From assembly GCF_001194135.2 (NCBI RefSeq), contig NC_068995.1, positions 50,308,343 through 50,372,342 of the forward strand: a stretch of DNA of 64,000 nucleotides, given 5' to 3'. Made by a program: the position numbers and the translations under genes. Below, one piece after another: positions 23,456 through 36,952 of this stretch (within the stretch, counting starts at the first letter, position 1; each line of letters opens with the position of its first letter). Under the pieces are notes generated by a model, which saw only the letters and a program-made list of their open reading frames with translations, searched no databases and was not told where the DNA came from. The stretch comes from Octopus bimaculoides. Taxonomy: Eukaryota.

Positions 23456-25305
23456 TTGATGTAGTATTTAACAAGAGCTGTATTTTATCAACTCTCAGAA
23501 GGATAAAAAGCAAAGTTGATCACAGCAACATTTGAACTCAGAACATAGGAATCTTTTCCAATGTTGTACCAATTCTGTCAACCCTTTGCTTTGAATACAG
23601 TCAAGTTTTCAGATTGGTTCAAATTGGTAAACAAATGAAAAATTTAAGCCATTACAACCAGGGAGTGGAGATTGGACATAGACTTGGTAGATATACCATT
23701 ACACAACTCTAAACATATTACATATATGTTTGACAATCAAAAACACTTTACATTCTCTTAGCAACAACTCAGACGGTTGTGCAACTGCTTTTTAATGTAT
23801 ACAAACTGAAGAACTGTGACCTAGAACTTCTTTTTCTGATGGTTAGGGGAAGCAGTACAGAGTATGTCGGTAAAATATACTACTACATTTAATGTAACTG
23901 CCCAGCACACTAATTTACAGGAAGAAAATAACAGAAAGAGAATAGTATTTTTCTATACTGCATCATGATGAAGTTGTGCTTCACACAATTGCTCTGTGTA
24001 AAGAGAGATTAATGTAGATGAGACATTTAAAGGAAATATGTCATAAAATGGCTGGTTAACCGTAAAATTCTATTTTGCCCACTGGCGGTGGTTGTTGCTG
24101 TAGAGCTTCATATTAACACTAGCTGAGTAGACATTTGATCAAAAGATGTTCCAGCTATGGCCATACTATCTGTTTAGGGGCATACAATACAACATATCTA
24201 ATATAGAACTATATACCACTAAACCTATGTGAGGGTTGCTATTTCTAGCACATCGAGTGACCACATGATGACTTCCTCACTGGTTTTATTCCCCCAACTG
24301 GTTGTTTTTATATGCAAAAAAACTAGATTGGGGGAAGGGGGACTTTGAAACAGAGTAAAATTTCAAATATTTACAAAGAATAAATAGATAAATTTTCTCC
24401 TTAATTTTGCAGCATAAATTTTTGTAACATAATTCGCTATTAATTGTAAGAATTAAGATTTCAAGTTAAGTGGGTAACCTTTTAGTTGAATTGTATAATT
24501 TACAACTGTTGGAATACTGATGTAATAAGAAAAAAGAAAATAAAAAAATAGAAAATGTGTATCGTTTGTGTCCCCATCCTTGGGAGGGTGGAAGTTGTGG
24601 GTGGGATCATATTACAACAGATAAAGTACAGACTGAGTTCAAACTAGGGTGTAGGCATGGAGGAAATGGTGTGACAGTGGAGTGAATATTAGTACTTTAT
24701 TATGTCAGCCAAATCAACATAATTGTCTTATTGTCGCCCATGTCTGGTGCTGAAGTCATGGAATTTGAAGTGATAAGTGAAATAAATAATCCAGGCCTTG
24801 TTAGAAAGAAAGAAAGAAGGAAAGAAAGAAAGAAGGAAAGAAAGAAAGCTAATTTATTCACATGGTACAGTCAGGTGGTATAACGAACACCATTCTGAAA
24901 GCTCAAGCTGGCTGAACCACTTTCTAAACATCCTGCAATGACTTTGCATACAGCCTTCATACAGCCATCTATGCAGTGTACTTTTTTTTTTCCCCCTCAA
25001 TCAAACAAGGATATACTTTCAGCTGATTTAATTGCTGTCCTATTTCTTGGCTTTCAACATCTCACCAGTCACACAAAACAATAATCAATAAGTAACAATA
25101 AAAATAATTGCACTCTTTACCCGGCATATATTAATATGGCTTAAACAGCAGTGAAGATGTGGAAACGATGTCTTAGATATCTTGGGTCCACCTTTGATGC
25201 CAACCAGGGGATTCTTTCAATATCTGCTTTCTATATATCTCAAATGAACTTTTAAACTTGCTTTATCACACTCGAGATTTTTGTACACAGAAAGTTATCA
25301 TCAAC

Positions 25306-26169
25306 ATTTTTTCTAATTATCTAAACTTCCATTAACCACATATTTTTGAAAACAAAACAAGTCCCTAGATCCCAGCCTCACACACACATTTCTACAGAAG
25401 CTTCTTTTTAAAGAATTTAGTAATATGCCCTTCATTGGCTTATTAGTTTCCTAGTCATAAAAGATTGTCTTTATATCTGAAAATATATTTATGTCAACCA
25501 CTGAGCTGTTTAAGGCAAAAAAAGGGTCCCCTATTACAACATTAACCCTTGTGGATGATCCCTAATTCTCAACTATAATTGTTCGATTTCAGTCACAAGA
25601 ATATTGCTAATGGATCAATAAGTGTAATCAGTGATTTTCTTTTTTTTATATTTGATGATGAGGTGGAGAGGAGAGAACAATGTACTTACTTGTCTAGCCC
25701 ATCACTTCAGTGATGTTATATTATTAATGAAGTCAAATGATAGAGAAAAAGGAAAGGAAAAAAGTTTTCAAACAGAACAAACATAGCAACACGCCAAACA
25801 AAACTCAATGATGGGGAGGACCTCTACATGGTTGTTGCACAACATGTTAGAAATAACAGCCAAATTCATTCGAATACACCAAACCAGCTTAGAAAAAAAA
25901 ANNNNNNNNNNAAAAAAAAAAAACAAAGATAAAAAGGTGGTGGAATAACATTTACCTGTCTCAGATATTGGACTGTGGCCAAGCTGGAGCACCACCATGG
26001 GTTTTAGAACGAATGAAGTGACCCCAGTTCTTATTATTCTAAAGCCTGATACTAATTCTATCGGTCTCTTGCCAAACTGTTATCTAATTTTTTCTAATTA
26101 TCTAAACTTCCATTAACCACATTTTTTTGAGAACAAAACAAGTCCCTAGATCCCAGCCTCACACACACA
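25306..26169. repeat. About 83-bp direct repeat, copies about 780 bp apart
   Basis: tttttctaattatctaaacttccattaaccacat...gtccctagatcccagcctcacacacaca at about 25306-25388 and 26087-26169, with few mismatches. Confidence 0.9.
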
Positions 26170-27239
26170 GTAACAAGAATGTAATGGATGAAAATAAAAA
26201 CATACGGACAAACGTACGATACAAAGATGGACAGGAAAACCAGGACGGAACATTTGTGGCTTTCTATGCTTCAGTCAAGTTTCCACTCATCATTACAGTT
26301 TTGGCCTGTTACAGTTGAGACTATTCGAAATTGGTAGAAACCCCCCCACCACACAAACCTAAGCTAAGGGCATTAAATTTTTGGAAGAAAGCAAGTGAAT
26401 ATGTGCGACAGCATGGACAGAAAAACGAGAAAACGGAGAAAATGTTACATGATTTACAAATACAAAAAAAAAGAATAGCAACAGGTGTCTTTACACACAC
26501 ACACATCAAACTTCTTTTCAGTTTCTTTTGATCAAATTCACTCAAAAGGCTTTTGGTTGTCCTGGCACTACAGTGGGNNNNNNNNNNNNNNNNNNNNNNN
26601 NNNNNNNNNNNNNNNNNNNNNNNNNNNNNNNNNNNNNNNNNNNNNNNNNNNNNNNNNNNNNNNNNNNNNNNNNNNNNNNNNNNNNNNNNNNNNNNNNNNN
26701 NNNNNNNNNNNNNNNNNNNNNNNNNNNNNNNNNNNNNNNNNNNNNNNNNNNNNNNNNNNNNNNNNNNNNNNNNNNNNNNNNNNNNNNNNNNNNNNNNNNN
26801 NNNNNNNNNNNNNNNNNNNNNNGGCCTATTTAAACAAGATGACATCCTGTTAGAATGGAGTGGTGAAGTTTTAATTTGTTGTGCACTATTAAATTGCTCT
26901 GTCAAACATCCTGCCACTTCAACTTTCTTCACTTCACCTTGAGTTTGTTATCTTTTATCAATTCTACATCTATAAAACACCACGCCAATCAAACTCCACA
27001 TCATTTGAACCAAAAACCTAAAGACTTGTCAGCCAGTATTATTTCTGCCATTCTTATATATATATTGACTCAATACTTCGTATATATATATATGGATGTA
27101 TAAAGAGGAAACACTCTGGGAACAACAACAAAGATTTATGAAGTTAAGTGCCAGGCATTATTGTTTTGTTTAGCCTTGGGTCAGCCTTGATCCAGTATAT
27201 TTGCAACCAAAAGTGTTCTTTGTATTCTGATATAGGAAG

Positions 27240-27660
27240 CAGATGTAGATGACAGTTCTCATGGATACGACACGGGAGGTCTGGATGATCTTCAGATATG
27301 AAGAATATTTGGAACTCTAACCTCTAAAGGTAACGTAAAGAAGAGAATCTCTATAGTGATCCAGCTTTATGAGTTTGAAACTCGGTCATGACCCTAATGA
27401 GAGTTTTTCATTAGGTGCAATAGATCTAAGTTCAGATGCTTCAGATGTCTTTTAGTGGCAGCTGACTGCAGAAAGTGGTTAACAAGGAACTCTGTGGAGA
27501 TCTCTTCCAGTTGACCAACAGACAAGCAGGAAGATGATTGCAATTTAACAGATACTGTTTGAGGTACCCAGAGTAAAGTTCCACACAAGCCATCATCTGA
27601 AAACTGACCTACGGGAGGGTAGACAAAGCTGCTGTGGTCGCTGTGATCCTGTTCCACTGC
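27240..27660 (+). mobile_element. Highly decayed RTE-like LINE C-terminal fragment
   Basis: Scattered motifs (QIWKNIWNS, KVVNKEL, RLQF, PTGG-like) occur in the order expected for the RTE C-terminus; many stops. Confidence 0.45.
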
Positions 27661-28270
27661 TAATGGAACAAGTTATGTACTATGTCTGTCATCGTACTCA
27701 CAACAAGTAGATGATGATGATAATGATGAAGACAATGTTGATGATGATAAAACATTAGTCTTTTGAAGGTGACATTACAAAAAACTCTAGCGCTTATCTC
27801 TTACACTTAGCCCTGAGTGTTCTGTCCCTTAGATTTAATCAATTTCTACAACAGATATGAATTCATGCCATATAGGTTTGTATAAATACTTCCTAAAGGG
27901 GTTTTAAGGACCAGTTCTTAGCCCTGGTTTTATGGCTTCAAGAAGATGAAAGTGACAGTAAAATGTGGTAGTAGCCAGCCATTATAAATAAACCAGTAGC
28001 CAGTGGACAGAAAGAGGTCGAAGGTCAAGAGTACGTGTAGATTGTGTTGATAGTCGTGTCTGTGCTGATATAGTAGTCATACTGTAATACTGAGTGTTAT
28101 AGCGCTCCAACCTTTTGAGGATAATGACACTGTACGACTGGGGGTGGGGTCGTACAGTGCCAGATAGAAACATTTTCGGAAGATAACAATTTCTGTCAGA
28201 GAGACAACCCTCATCAAAAGACAGATACAACAGCGGCAAAAGACTACTTTACAACAAAATCCATGAAAAA

Positions 28271-28310
<40 letters not shown>

Positions 28311-28564
28311 TTACTTGAAAAACAGGTAATGGTTAGTGAGAGGAAGGTGGGTATCTCTTTTACTTATTTCGGTCATTTGATTGGTGGTAAAATAATGTCT
28401 CAATATAAAGTATTTATCCAACTCATGCTAACTTGGCAAAACAAATGTAAAACAAAAACAAATATATTTGTTAGCATTTCCATGCAAGAACGTCAAGTGC
28501 TCAAAACACACTTGTGTTAGAAGCATGTAGAGCCCATTAAAACAGAAGTATTTCCTTTTGAGCA

Positions 28565-29030
28565 CTCATCATCAGTCAAGTTGGTTGTGGCCATGCTAGA
28601 GCATTACTTTGAAGGCTTTTATCAAACAAATTGACTCCAGTAGTCATTTTAAGCCAGATACTAATTTTATTGACCTCTTTTGGTGAACTACTAAACATGA
28701 AGACATAAACAAACCAACACCAATCTACAAGTGGTTGTAAGGAGGGGGGACGAACACAAAGACACGCACTATATATANNNNNNNNNNNNNNNNNNNNNNN
28801 NNNNNNNNNNNNNNNNNNNNNNNNNNNNNNNNNNNNNNNNNNNNNNNNNNNNNNNNNNNNNNNNNNNNNNNNNNNNNNNNNNNNNNNNNNNNNNNNNNNN
28901 NNNNNNNNNNNNNNNNNNNNNNNNNNNNNNNNNNNNNNNNNNNNNNNNNNNNNNNNNNNNNNNNNNNNNNNNNNNNNNNNNNNNNNNNNNNNNNNNNNNN
29001 NNNNNNNNNNNNNNNNNNNNNNNNNNNNNN

Positions 29031-29097
<67 letters not shown>

Positions 29098-29330
29098 TTT
29101 GTACACAAAATGTATGGAAGATCATCGTATACATACATACATATATATATGTATGTATGTATTTATGTATATGATGGGCTTCCACACATTTTGTCTACAA
29201 ATTCAATCACAAGGTGAGGTGGGGTTATACTAGAAGTCGAAAACACTTGCACAAGGTGCTATGCAGTGGGACTGAACCCAAAACCACGCGACTGCAAAAG
29301 GAGCTTCTTAGCTACACAGCCATATCTGCT
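28565..29330 (-). mobile_element. SINE family A with expanded (AT)n linker spanning an assembly gap
   Basis: Tail at 28565-28760 and head at 29170-29330, both minus strand, separated by (AT)n and Ns. Confidence 0.75.
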
Positions 29331-31825
29331 CCAATTTCCATTTTCTTATTTCATTCCCTCATTACCAGAAGTTGTAGAAATGTGTTGGAGCTTATCCCAG
29401 TGTTTTTATCATATCAACTGTCTGAAAGTCAATTCTTTTTCTTGACAGGATGTCATCGTCAGCCTATCATAGCCCCGATTTTGAAATTAACACAATAAAC
29501 TTATGAAATATATCTTTTACCAGTCATACAATCTGATACCCACAATAGTGACCTTTACCTTCCTTGTGGTACCAACTTGCAGTATTTATATCTCATAGAT
29601 ACAGCACAGAAATGGTAACGGTATCAAAATTCTAAAGATCCTCTGAATAATAAGGCCACTACTCCAATGGCAACATCAGCCGTAATTTTTATGCCCCCCC
29701 CCCACCAACACACACACACACACACACAGAAAAGGATTAAAAAAACATACTGACTTCCTAGAAAAAGTCTCATCAACACACTATAACCTCTGACCCATAG
29801 ACTTGCTGTCTCCTCTGTCTCTTTGTTCTACGAAAATAGCCTCTGAACTAGCAGCACACTACTGCCATCTAGTCCCAACCTTACACACTTGTCTTTTCTA
29901 ACTCTTGTTACCCATACAGAAATGTCTCCATAAGTGTTCTTGCTTTTTTTTTTCGCACGATGACGATGATGGTGATGCTGGTGGTGGTGGTAGTGTTGGT
30001 GGTGATGATGATGATTAAAAGACAATACAGATGAAGTAGATATCAACACGACACCAATTTACTATTTGTTGTGGTTTAACCCCTGGCCAGCCCTGATCAT
30101 ACACATCTGTTATCAAAGACAATGACCATCCAGTCCTCTTTTCTGCTGAGGAATAGTGAGTGTACAATGGGTTACATCATGCAATGTGACTCTCCACAAT
30201 AAAGTTGGGAGGATGTGTGGATCGAGAAAGATTTAATTGCTGTTTTAGTAAGTGAACCTATCCCCTCCACATGCTTCCTTATCGATTCATCAAAATAACA
30301 TGGTTGATTGTTCAAGGTAAGAGAACCATCTTTCCTTACATTCTAGTTCTAAAGATAAGATTTTAGATTCTTCAAGTATTTTTTAATGAATATTGACTGT
30401 GTATTCCATGTGTTTGTGTTCCTTCCTTATTTTGAGACTAAATCAAGTTTTTACCGAAATAAGCTGATATGTATTTCAAGTAATTTTCATTAGCACCCCA
30501 GGTAAAATGCTTAGAAGCATTTTGACTGTCTTAACATTCTGAGTTCAAATTCTGCGAAGGTTTACTCTATCTTTTATCCTTTCAGGATTGATAAAATAAG
30601 AGCCAGTTAAACACTGGGAGGTTGATGTAATCAACTTATCCCCTCCCCTGAAACTGCTGGCCTTGTGCAAAAATTTGAAATCAGTTTTCAAGTAATCAAG
30701 AATTGGAATGTTGTAATAAAATAATATTCTCATTGTTAAGCTGGTGGTTTTAAGTTAGTATTTGGAAGCATAACAAAAGATTCTAACATAAAATAATGGT
30801 GGAAGGGTTTTCTGTTAAATTCAAATACAAGCATTTAAAAAATACTCATATTTAAATTTCATGCAGGTTGGTATCAAAGGGCTAAAACATAAAGAAAGAA
30901 AGGAAAAAAAAATCCAAGCAACTAATTTTTCAAGGAATTTTTAGCATGATCAAAGATGGCATCAGAGGAATTTGCAATCCTCAAGCAATATTCTTTCATA
31001 AAAGCTATTTGTTTTAAAATGTATTTAATATCATGCATCAAGCCCACATATGTTGAAGTATGTAATGGCATATCTTGTATTTAGTGCTGCATGTAGAAAA
31101 CTGCTGCTGTAATTTGCCAACCATGCAATGCCAACTGAATAGTTTAGTTTAATGTGACAGAGATAAAATAATCTATAAGAAATAAGGTTCAACTTGATCT
31201 GCTTAATATCCTAAAAGCCCAGCTAGGATAATCCCAGATATCAAAAGAAAAGAAATTGAAAGGAAGCAGCAGATTAGCTTAATACCGCCACCACCAATAC
31301 CACTACTGTCCCCCCCCCTGCCCCACATCTCCATGCCAACCTCTGCCACTACCACCATCACTAACCCCCACCCCCATCAAAAGCAAAAGCTAAAAAAAGC
31401 AGTGATTANNNNNNNNNNNNNNNNNNNNNNNNNNNNNNNNNNNNNNNNNNNNNNNNNNNNNNNNNNNNNNNNNNNNNNNNNNNNNNNNNNNNNNNNNNNN
31501 NNNNNNNNNNNNNNNNNNNNNNNNNNNNNNNNNNNNNNNNNNNNNNNNNNNNNNNNNNNNNNNNNNNNNNNNNNNNNNNNNNNNNNNNNNNNNNNNNNNN
31601 NNNNNNNNNNNNNNNNNNNNNNNNNNNNNNNNNNNNNNNNNNNNNNNNNNNNNNNNNNNNNNNNNNNNNNNNNNNNNNNNNNNNNNNNNNNNNNNNNNNN
31701 NNNNNNNNNNNNNNNNNNNNNNNNNNNNNNNNNNNNNNNNNNNNNNNNNNNNNNNNNNNNNNNNNNNNNNNNNNNNNNNNNNNNGTAAAACTATTATCTC
31801 TTTGAGCAACCATAGTTTCACTGGT

Positions 31826-32022
31826 AATATTGTCATATTTGCACCACTGAACTGCCAAATTGGTACCCTGTAACCTCCACAATAGACTGGTGATGGTGAT
31901 GGTGGTGGTTTTAAAAATGAGAAATATTGTCATATTTGCACCACTGAACTGCCAAATTGGTACCCTGTAACCTCCACAATTGACTGGTGATGGTGACGGT
32001 GGTGGTTTCAAAAATGAGAAAT
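31826..32022. repeat. 97-bp tandem duplication (2 copies)
   Basis: aatattgtcatatttgcaccactgaactgcc... starts at 31826 and 31923; about 3 mismatches. Confidence 0.9.
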
Positions 32023-32213
32023 TATCGATAAAGCAAAGACAAACGAATACATCCACACTCTTTCCAGATTCACATTGGCACAGGTGTGGCAAGTGATTAG
32101 AAGTTTGCTTGCCAGCCACGTGGCTCGGGTTCAGTCTATTCTGCTTCCAATAAAACCTCTATATCCAACTCCTACAGGAACATTTCAGACTTAAAAAAGC
32201 ATGGTTTCTCAGT

Positions 32214-32445
32214 TTAAACTTTTTAGCATTTTAACCAGCCACATCCAGTTCAAATATTTTCTTTATTTTATGCTCAAACCAGCCAGAACTGGATTTTCAC
32301 ACCTACCCTACTATATCATTCTAAAAATAAACAATCACATCACCAAAATCATGAAGCTACAAGATAATGCATGGTTAAATTAAAACAATGTGAATGAATA
32401 ATAATTATTGCATTTGAGAGAAAATCATGAATGTTAAAGAGTTAA
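32214..32445 (-). mobile_element. TTAA-flanked MITE (piggyBac-like termini), near full length
   Basis: Termini ttaa-actttttagcatt and aatgttaaagag-ttaa, degenerate versions of the family TIR TTAACCCTTTAGCATT. Internal sequence is shared with 8745-9326, 14644-14830 and 56750-56920. Confidence 0.6.
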
Positions 32446-32689
32446 AAAGAGCAATGAGATTCTCAGAGCAGATTGGTTACAGCAGTATAGTAGCTGACTA
32501 ATAATATAGAAGCTCCTTCTTTAGCTAAAGAAGGACTGATAATATTTTGAGCCTAAATAAACACAAATCACAAACAGGAGAGTCTAGTCATTCAGCTGTC
32601 AAAATATTTCCTGTAATTTATATGGAAACATCCGAACTTTCAGAAACTCTACTACCATGTTGAAACAGATGGATATAAAGTTGTGATAA

Positions 32690-33090
32690 AATGTAAGTGG
32701 AAGCATGGGTGAATGGTAAGAAGTTTGCTTCCCAACTGCATGGCTTCAGGGTCAGTCCTATTGCATGATATCTTGGGCGAGTGGCTTCTACTACAACCCC
32801 AGGTTGACCAAAGCCTTGTGAGTGGATTTGGCAGACAGAAACTGAAATAAAACTGTGTGCTTGTGTGTGTGTGTGTGTGTGTATGTGTGTGTTTTTGTCC
32901 CCACCACTTCTTGACAACCAGAGTTGATTTGTTTATGCCCCTATAGCTTAGAAGTTTAGCAAAAGAGACCAATAGAATAAGTACCAGACACTAAAAAGCT
33001 AGTACCAGGGTCAATTCAATTGAAATCCTTCAAGGTGGTGTCCCAGCATGGCCACAGTCCAATGACTGAAGCAAGTTAAGGATAAAGATA
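32690..33090 (+). mobile_element. SINE family A, full length, diverged
   Basis: Head, (TG)n linker and tail recognisable. Confidence 0.85.
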
Positions 33091-34036
33091 TCTCACACAT
33101 GTACACTTATGTGAGTGAGCATAGTGTGTATGTGAGCATTTCCTTGCCTGAAGGCCTATAATGCTGTACAACGTATGAAGGACAGGTGGTTTATATGGTT
33201 ATATTATTATTGTACTCTTGACCATCTTATTAAAGAATTCAAACCTGGCATAACCATAGTATACAAACATACAACATCTCTCTGATAGACAGCCTCACTG
33301 GTATTTTATACAGGAATACTAAGCATCTTACAGTAAAAATAAACATAGATGGTTGAATTACATAAAACAGAGCAATGCCTGTCTTCAACAAATGAAATTT
33401 ACAAAACAACATAAAAGCATTTTATGAAACAGATACAACAACAAAAAAAAGACTTTATATAGTCTCAATGTAACAACATAATACAACAAAGAATAAACAA
33501 CATCGTACAACAAAGACAAAACAACATTATACAACAAAGACCTAAACACCGTGTCTATCTATTGCAAGATCTTTGTAATAGAATGCTAAAAGAAACTTAT
33601 GAATGTTTCAGAAGAAAAGCCCTCATTACAAGAATTTTCTTTAAAAAAAAATTGACAAATCTTTAATTCAGATATTTACAAATTCAAAAATCTAACTCTT
33701 AAAACATTCACATGAATGAAAAAAATAAGGGTAATCCTTATAGCATACACTGTATGAGTTAACACCTTTTATTAACACTCCACATGATGCCACTCTCAGC
33801 TCTATGAGAGATAAAAAAAGGACCCTTCTGCTTAAAAGTATTTATGTCAAAATAAGAAAAAATTTTCCACTCTCAGCTCCAAACAGTTGCTGATATTCTG
33901 CAAGGTCTTCTAAGTGAGGCCTACAGTGGTGAACTGCACCCACATCAGGGTCTGTGCTGCTGCTATGGATGCAGACATCCAGAAGGGCCACTTGTCAGAT
34001 TGGCATTCAGTCACAAATACACTCTAGCTTCTAGCT

Positions 34037-34298
34037 CAATGGTTCTCAACTAGGGTCCATATGACTCTTGCGGAGTCCCTTAAGATTTTGCAGTTAAAAT
34101 TTACCTGCAATAAGATGGTTATACTTCTAAAATGCACCAAACATTTTAACAATCTTTTTTTATACAATTCATAATAATATTTAATTATAAAAATATATTA
34201 GGGATATTTTAAACACTGAATGGTTATGAGGATCTACCAGAGTAGAACAGGAATCAAATGGGTCCATAGGTAAAAATAAAAATGGTTGAGAACCATTG
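34037..34298. mobile_element. hAT (Charlie-like) MITE
   Basis: Perfect 14-bp TIRs CAATGGTTCTCAAC / GTTGAGAACCATTG; 8-bp TSD ttctagct / ctctagct with TCTAG core. Confidence 0.85.
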
Positions 34299-35006
34299 CT
34301 CTAGCTCATAGATGTGTTGTTTGCTTCACTCTATCTTTTCTGCTATTGCTTCAGTTCCTTGAATTTGGCTGGTTCCATATTTCCTTCAGTCAGCTACTTC
34401 TGACCTGCCTGTCTCCCCACTTTTGTTGTATCCAACCCATCCCTAAGTCCTGCACTAAACACTACACCCAGTCATTCCTCCTGCTATCTTCCTCTTGCTC
34501 TGGTCTTTCCTACAGCTGTTGACCTGCAAGTATTTAAATGGAATATTAGCAGCATCAAGCTTTCCATTCTTGGAGGACCTAGACAGGGGCCACCACCCAT
34601 TTCTCCAGATTCAGTTATTAAAAATAAACCCCCAGTTCTGTAATGAAAATCTAAGATATTTCACTAAATTTCCCCAAATTCTTTATTATTTTCAAAATTA
34701 ACTGTATCTCTAATTTCATTAGAGATACAGTAACAAAAGGTTCTTGTCTGGTTTGCCAGCTTCAATGTGGAGCCCTATTCAACCAAGACAGATTTAGACA
34801 AATAACCTACAAAAATATAATAATTAATAAGATAGAGCTCTTGGTGTTTACACCACACAGTGGTGGATTACACAACATGATAGCTTAAAAAGACACATAA
34901 TTATTTCTGTAGAATTAAAAAAAACAAACAAGAAACTAACTTGTAAAATTCCACTTTCGTCTTCTTGTGTTGTCTGGAAAAGAATGTTACCGATACAGTT
35001 TAGTAA

Positions 35007-35455
35007 GGACATTGTTCAGTTATTTTACAGTTATGTAAGGGCATTAGTATTTACATGGTTCAATTAGTATAGAGTTAAATAAGGATGCTATGCAAGTTAA
35101 ACAAAGACATGCAATTGTTAAAAAGTGAAATATAGACATCATCCAACTATTATATACTTACATAAAGACATTGTGTAAATGTTATACAGCAAAATATAGA
35201 AATTATCCAATCACTAAATAATTAAAGGTATTGCCCAATCATTATACAGTTAAATAAAGACATAATCCAATCACTATACAGTTAAATAATGACATTAACC
35301 AATCACTATAGAGTAAAATAAAGACATTGTCCAATTGCAATGCAGTTAAATAAAGGCAGAATCCAATCACTATAAAGTTAAATGAAGACATACCAGTGAA
35401 ACAAAGATACTACCCAATCATTATACAGTTAAATAAAGGCTCTGTCCAATTGAGA
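35007..35455. repeat. Degenerate 32-bp minisatellite (about 14 units)
   Basis: Consensus gacattgtccaatcattatacagttaaataaa; many units retain CCAAT. Confidence 0.85.
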
Positions 35456-35924
35456 AAAGAAGCGATATTGCTAGAAACATATCAGATATCAGTTGGGTAT
35501 ATATTTGTTCTTGAAACAGTAATAAACTGAAGGCTCAAGTAAAAGTTGATGTCCTACAAAATCCATTGATTTCTTTTATAAAGACATGTTATGAGACTTC
35601 ACCAGAGATCAGTAGATATCAACTGAAACTATGTGACATTTGTATTGTTTTCAAAGACACCGAAACTGTGTGGCATTCATACTGTTTTCAAAAGCATTAG
35701 CCACAGACTATAATTATTATTTGTACCATTGTATTGCAAAGTACTAGGTCACTGGATTTACTCCAGCTATAGTCTAAGCAATGAAGTCTTAATTTGCTTT
35801 AAACCATCTAATCTTTTAGATTACATGCCCAGGCTGTTATATTGCATCCCTGTATAATACAAACTGCATATTAGGGTTTGTAGTATGGTTCTGACAAAGG
35901 CAGGGGCATGGCTTTGTAGATGGG

Positions 35925-36290
35925 TGCAGGCATGGCTGTGTGGCACCATAGGCAAGTGTCCTCTACTGAAGGCCCTGACTGACCAAAACCTTTGAGAGTG
36001 GATTTTGGTAGATGGAAACTGAAAGAAGCTTGTTGTATATGTACATGTGTATGTGTGTGCACGTGCATGTCTTTGTGTCTGTCTTTATCCATCACCACCA
36101 CCTGACAACCGCGTTGGTGTGTTTACAACCAGGCAACTTAGCAATTCAGTAAAATGAGACCGACAGAATAAGCATCAAGCTTAAAAATAAAAAGTAATGG
36201 GGTCAATTCATTCAACTAAAAATTCTTCAAGGCAGTGCCACAGCATGGCCACAGCTTAATGACTGAAACAAGTAAAAGATAAAAGATAAC
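35925..36290 (+). mobile_element. SINE family A with head deletion
   Basis: gcatggctgtgtgg joined directly to caccataggcaagtgtc; tail present. Confidence 0.75.
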
Positions 36291-36699
36291 ATGATTAAAT
36301 CTGTGCAGTGCAACTAGTCGTTTCATTAACACTGTTGCTCAAAGGTTTGCTTCATCAGAGCTGATATTTGTTAGACACTGGTGCAGGTTATTAGTTTCAG
36401 AAAAAAAAAACATGATGAGATAAAATAATTCCATCGAGTGCAGACATGGCTGAATGACTAAGAAGCTTACTTCTCGACTATGTGGTTCAATCCTACCGTG
36501 TGGCACTTTNNNNNNNNNNNNNNNNNNNNNNNNNNNNNNNNNNNNNNNNNNNNNNNNNNNNNNNNNNNNNNNNNNNNNNNNNNNNNNNNNNNNNNNNNNN
36601 NNNNNNNNNNNNNNNNNNNNNNNNNNNNNNNNNNNNNNNNNNNNNNNNNNNNNNNNNNNNNNNNNNNNNNNNNNNNNNNNNNNNGCGTGTGTGTGTGTG

Positions 36700-36900
36700 T
36701 GTGTGCATATATATACCCTTTTATTTGTTTCACTCATTTGACTGCGGCCATGCTGGAGCACCGCCTTTAGTCGAAGAAATCAACCCCAGGACTTATTCTT
36801 TGTAAGCCTAGTACTTATTCTATCAGGCTCTTTTGCTGAATCGCTAAGTTATGGGGGCATAAACACACCAACATCGGTTGTCAAGTGATGATAGAGGGAC
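36700..36900 (-). mobile_element. SINE family A tail module
   Basis: catttgactgcggccatgctggagcaccgcc...gttgtcaagtgatg is the reverse complement of the tail. Confidence 0.85.

Positions 36901-36952
<52 letters not shown>

Noticed and set aside
28185-28240. Minus-strand TTGATGAGGG...GACAGAAA hammerhead-like words
   Set aside because: First core base is wrong and stems II and III do not form.
35007-35455. CRISPR-like array
   Set aside because: Units are contiguous with no unique spacers, in eukaryotic context and without cas genes; it is a minisatellite.
36300-36365. Minus-strand CTGATGA...GAAAC..GTT hammerhead-like words
   Set aside because: Stems I and II cannot be paired.
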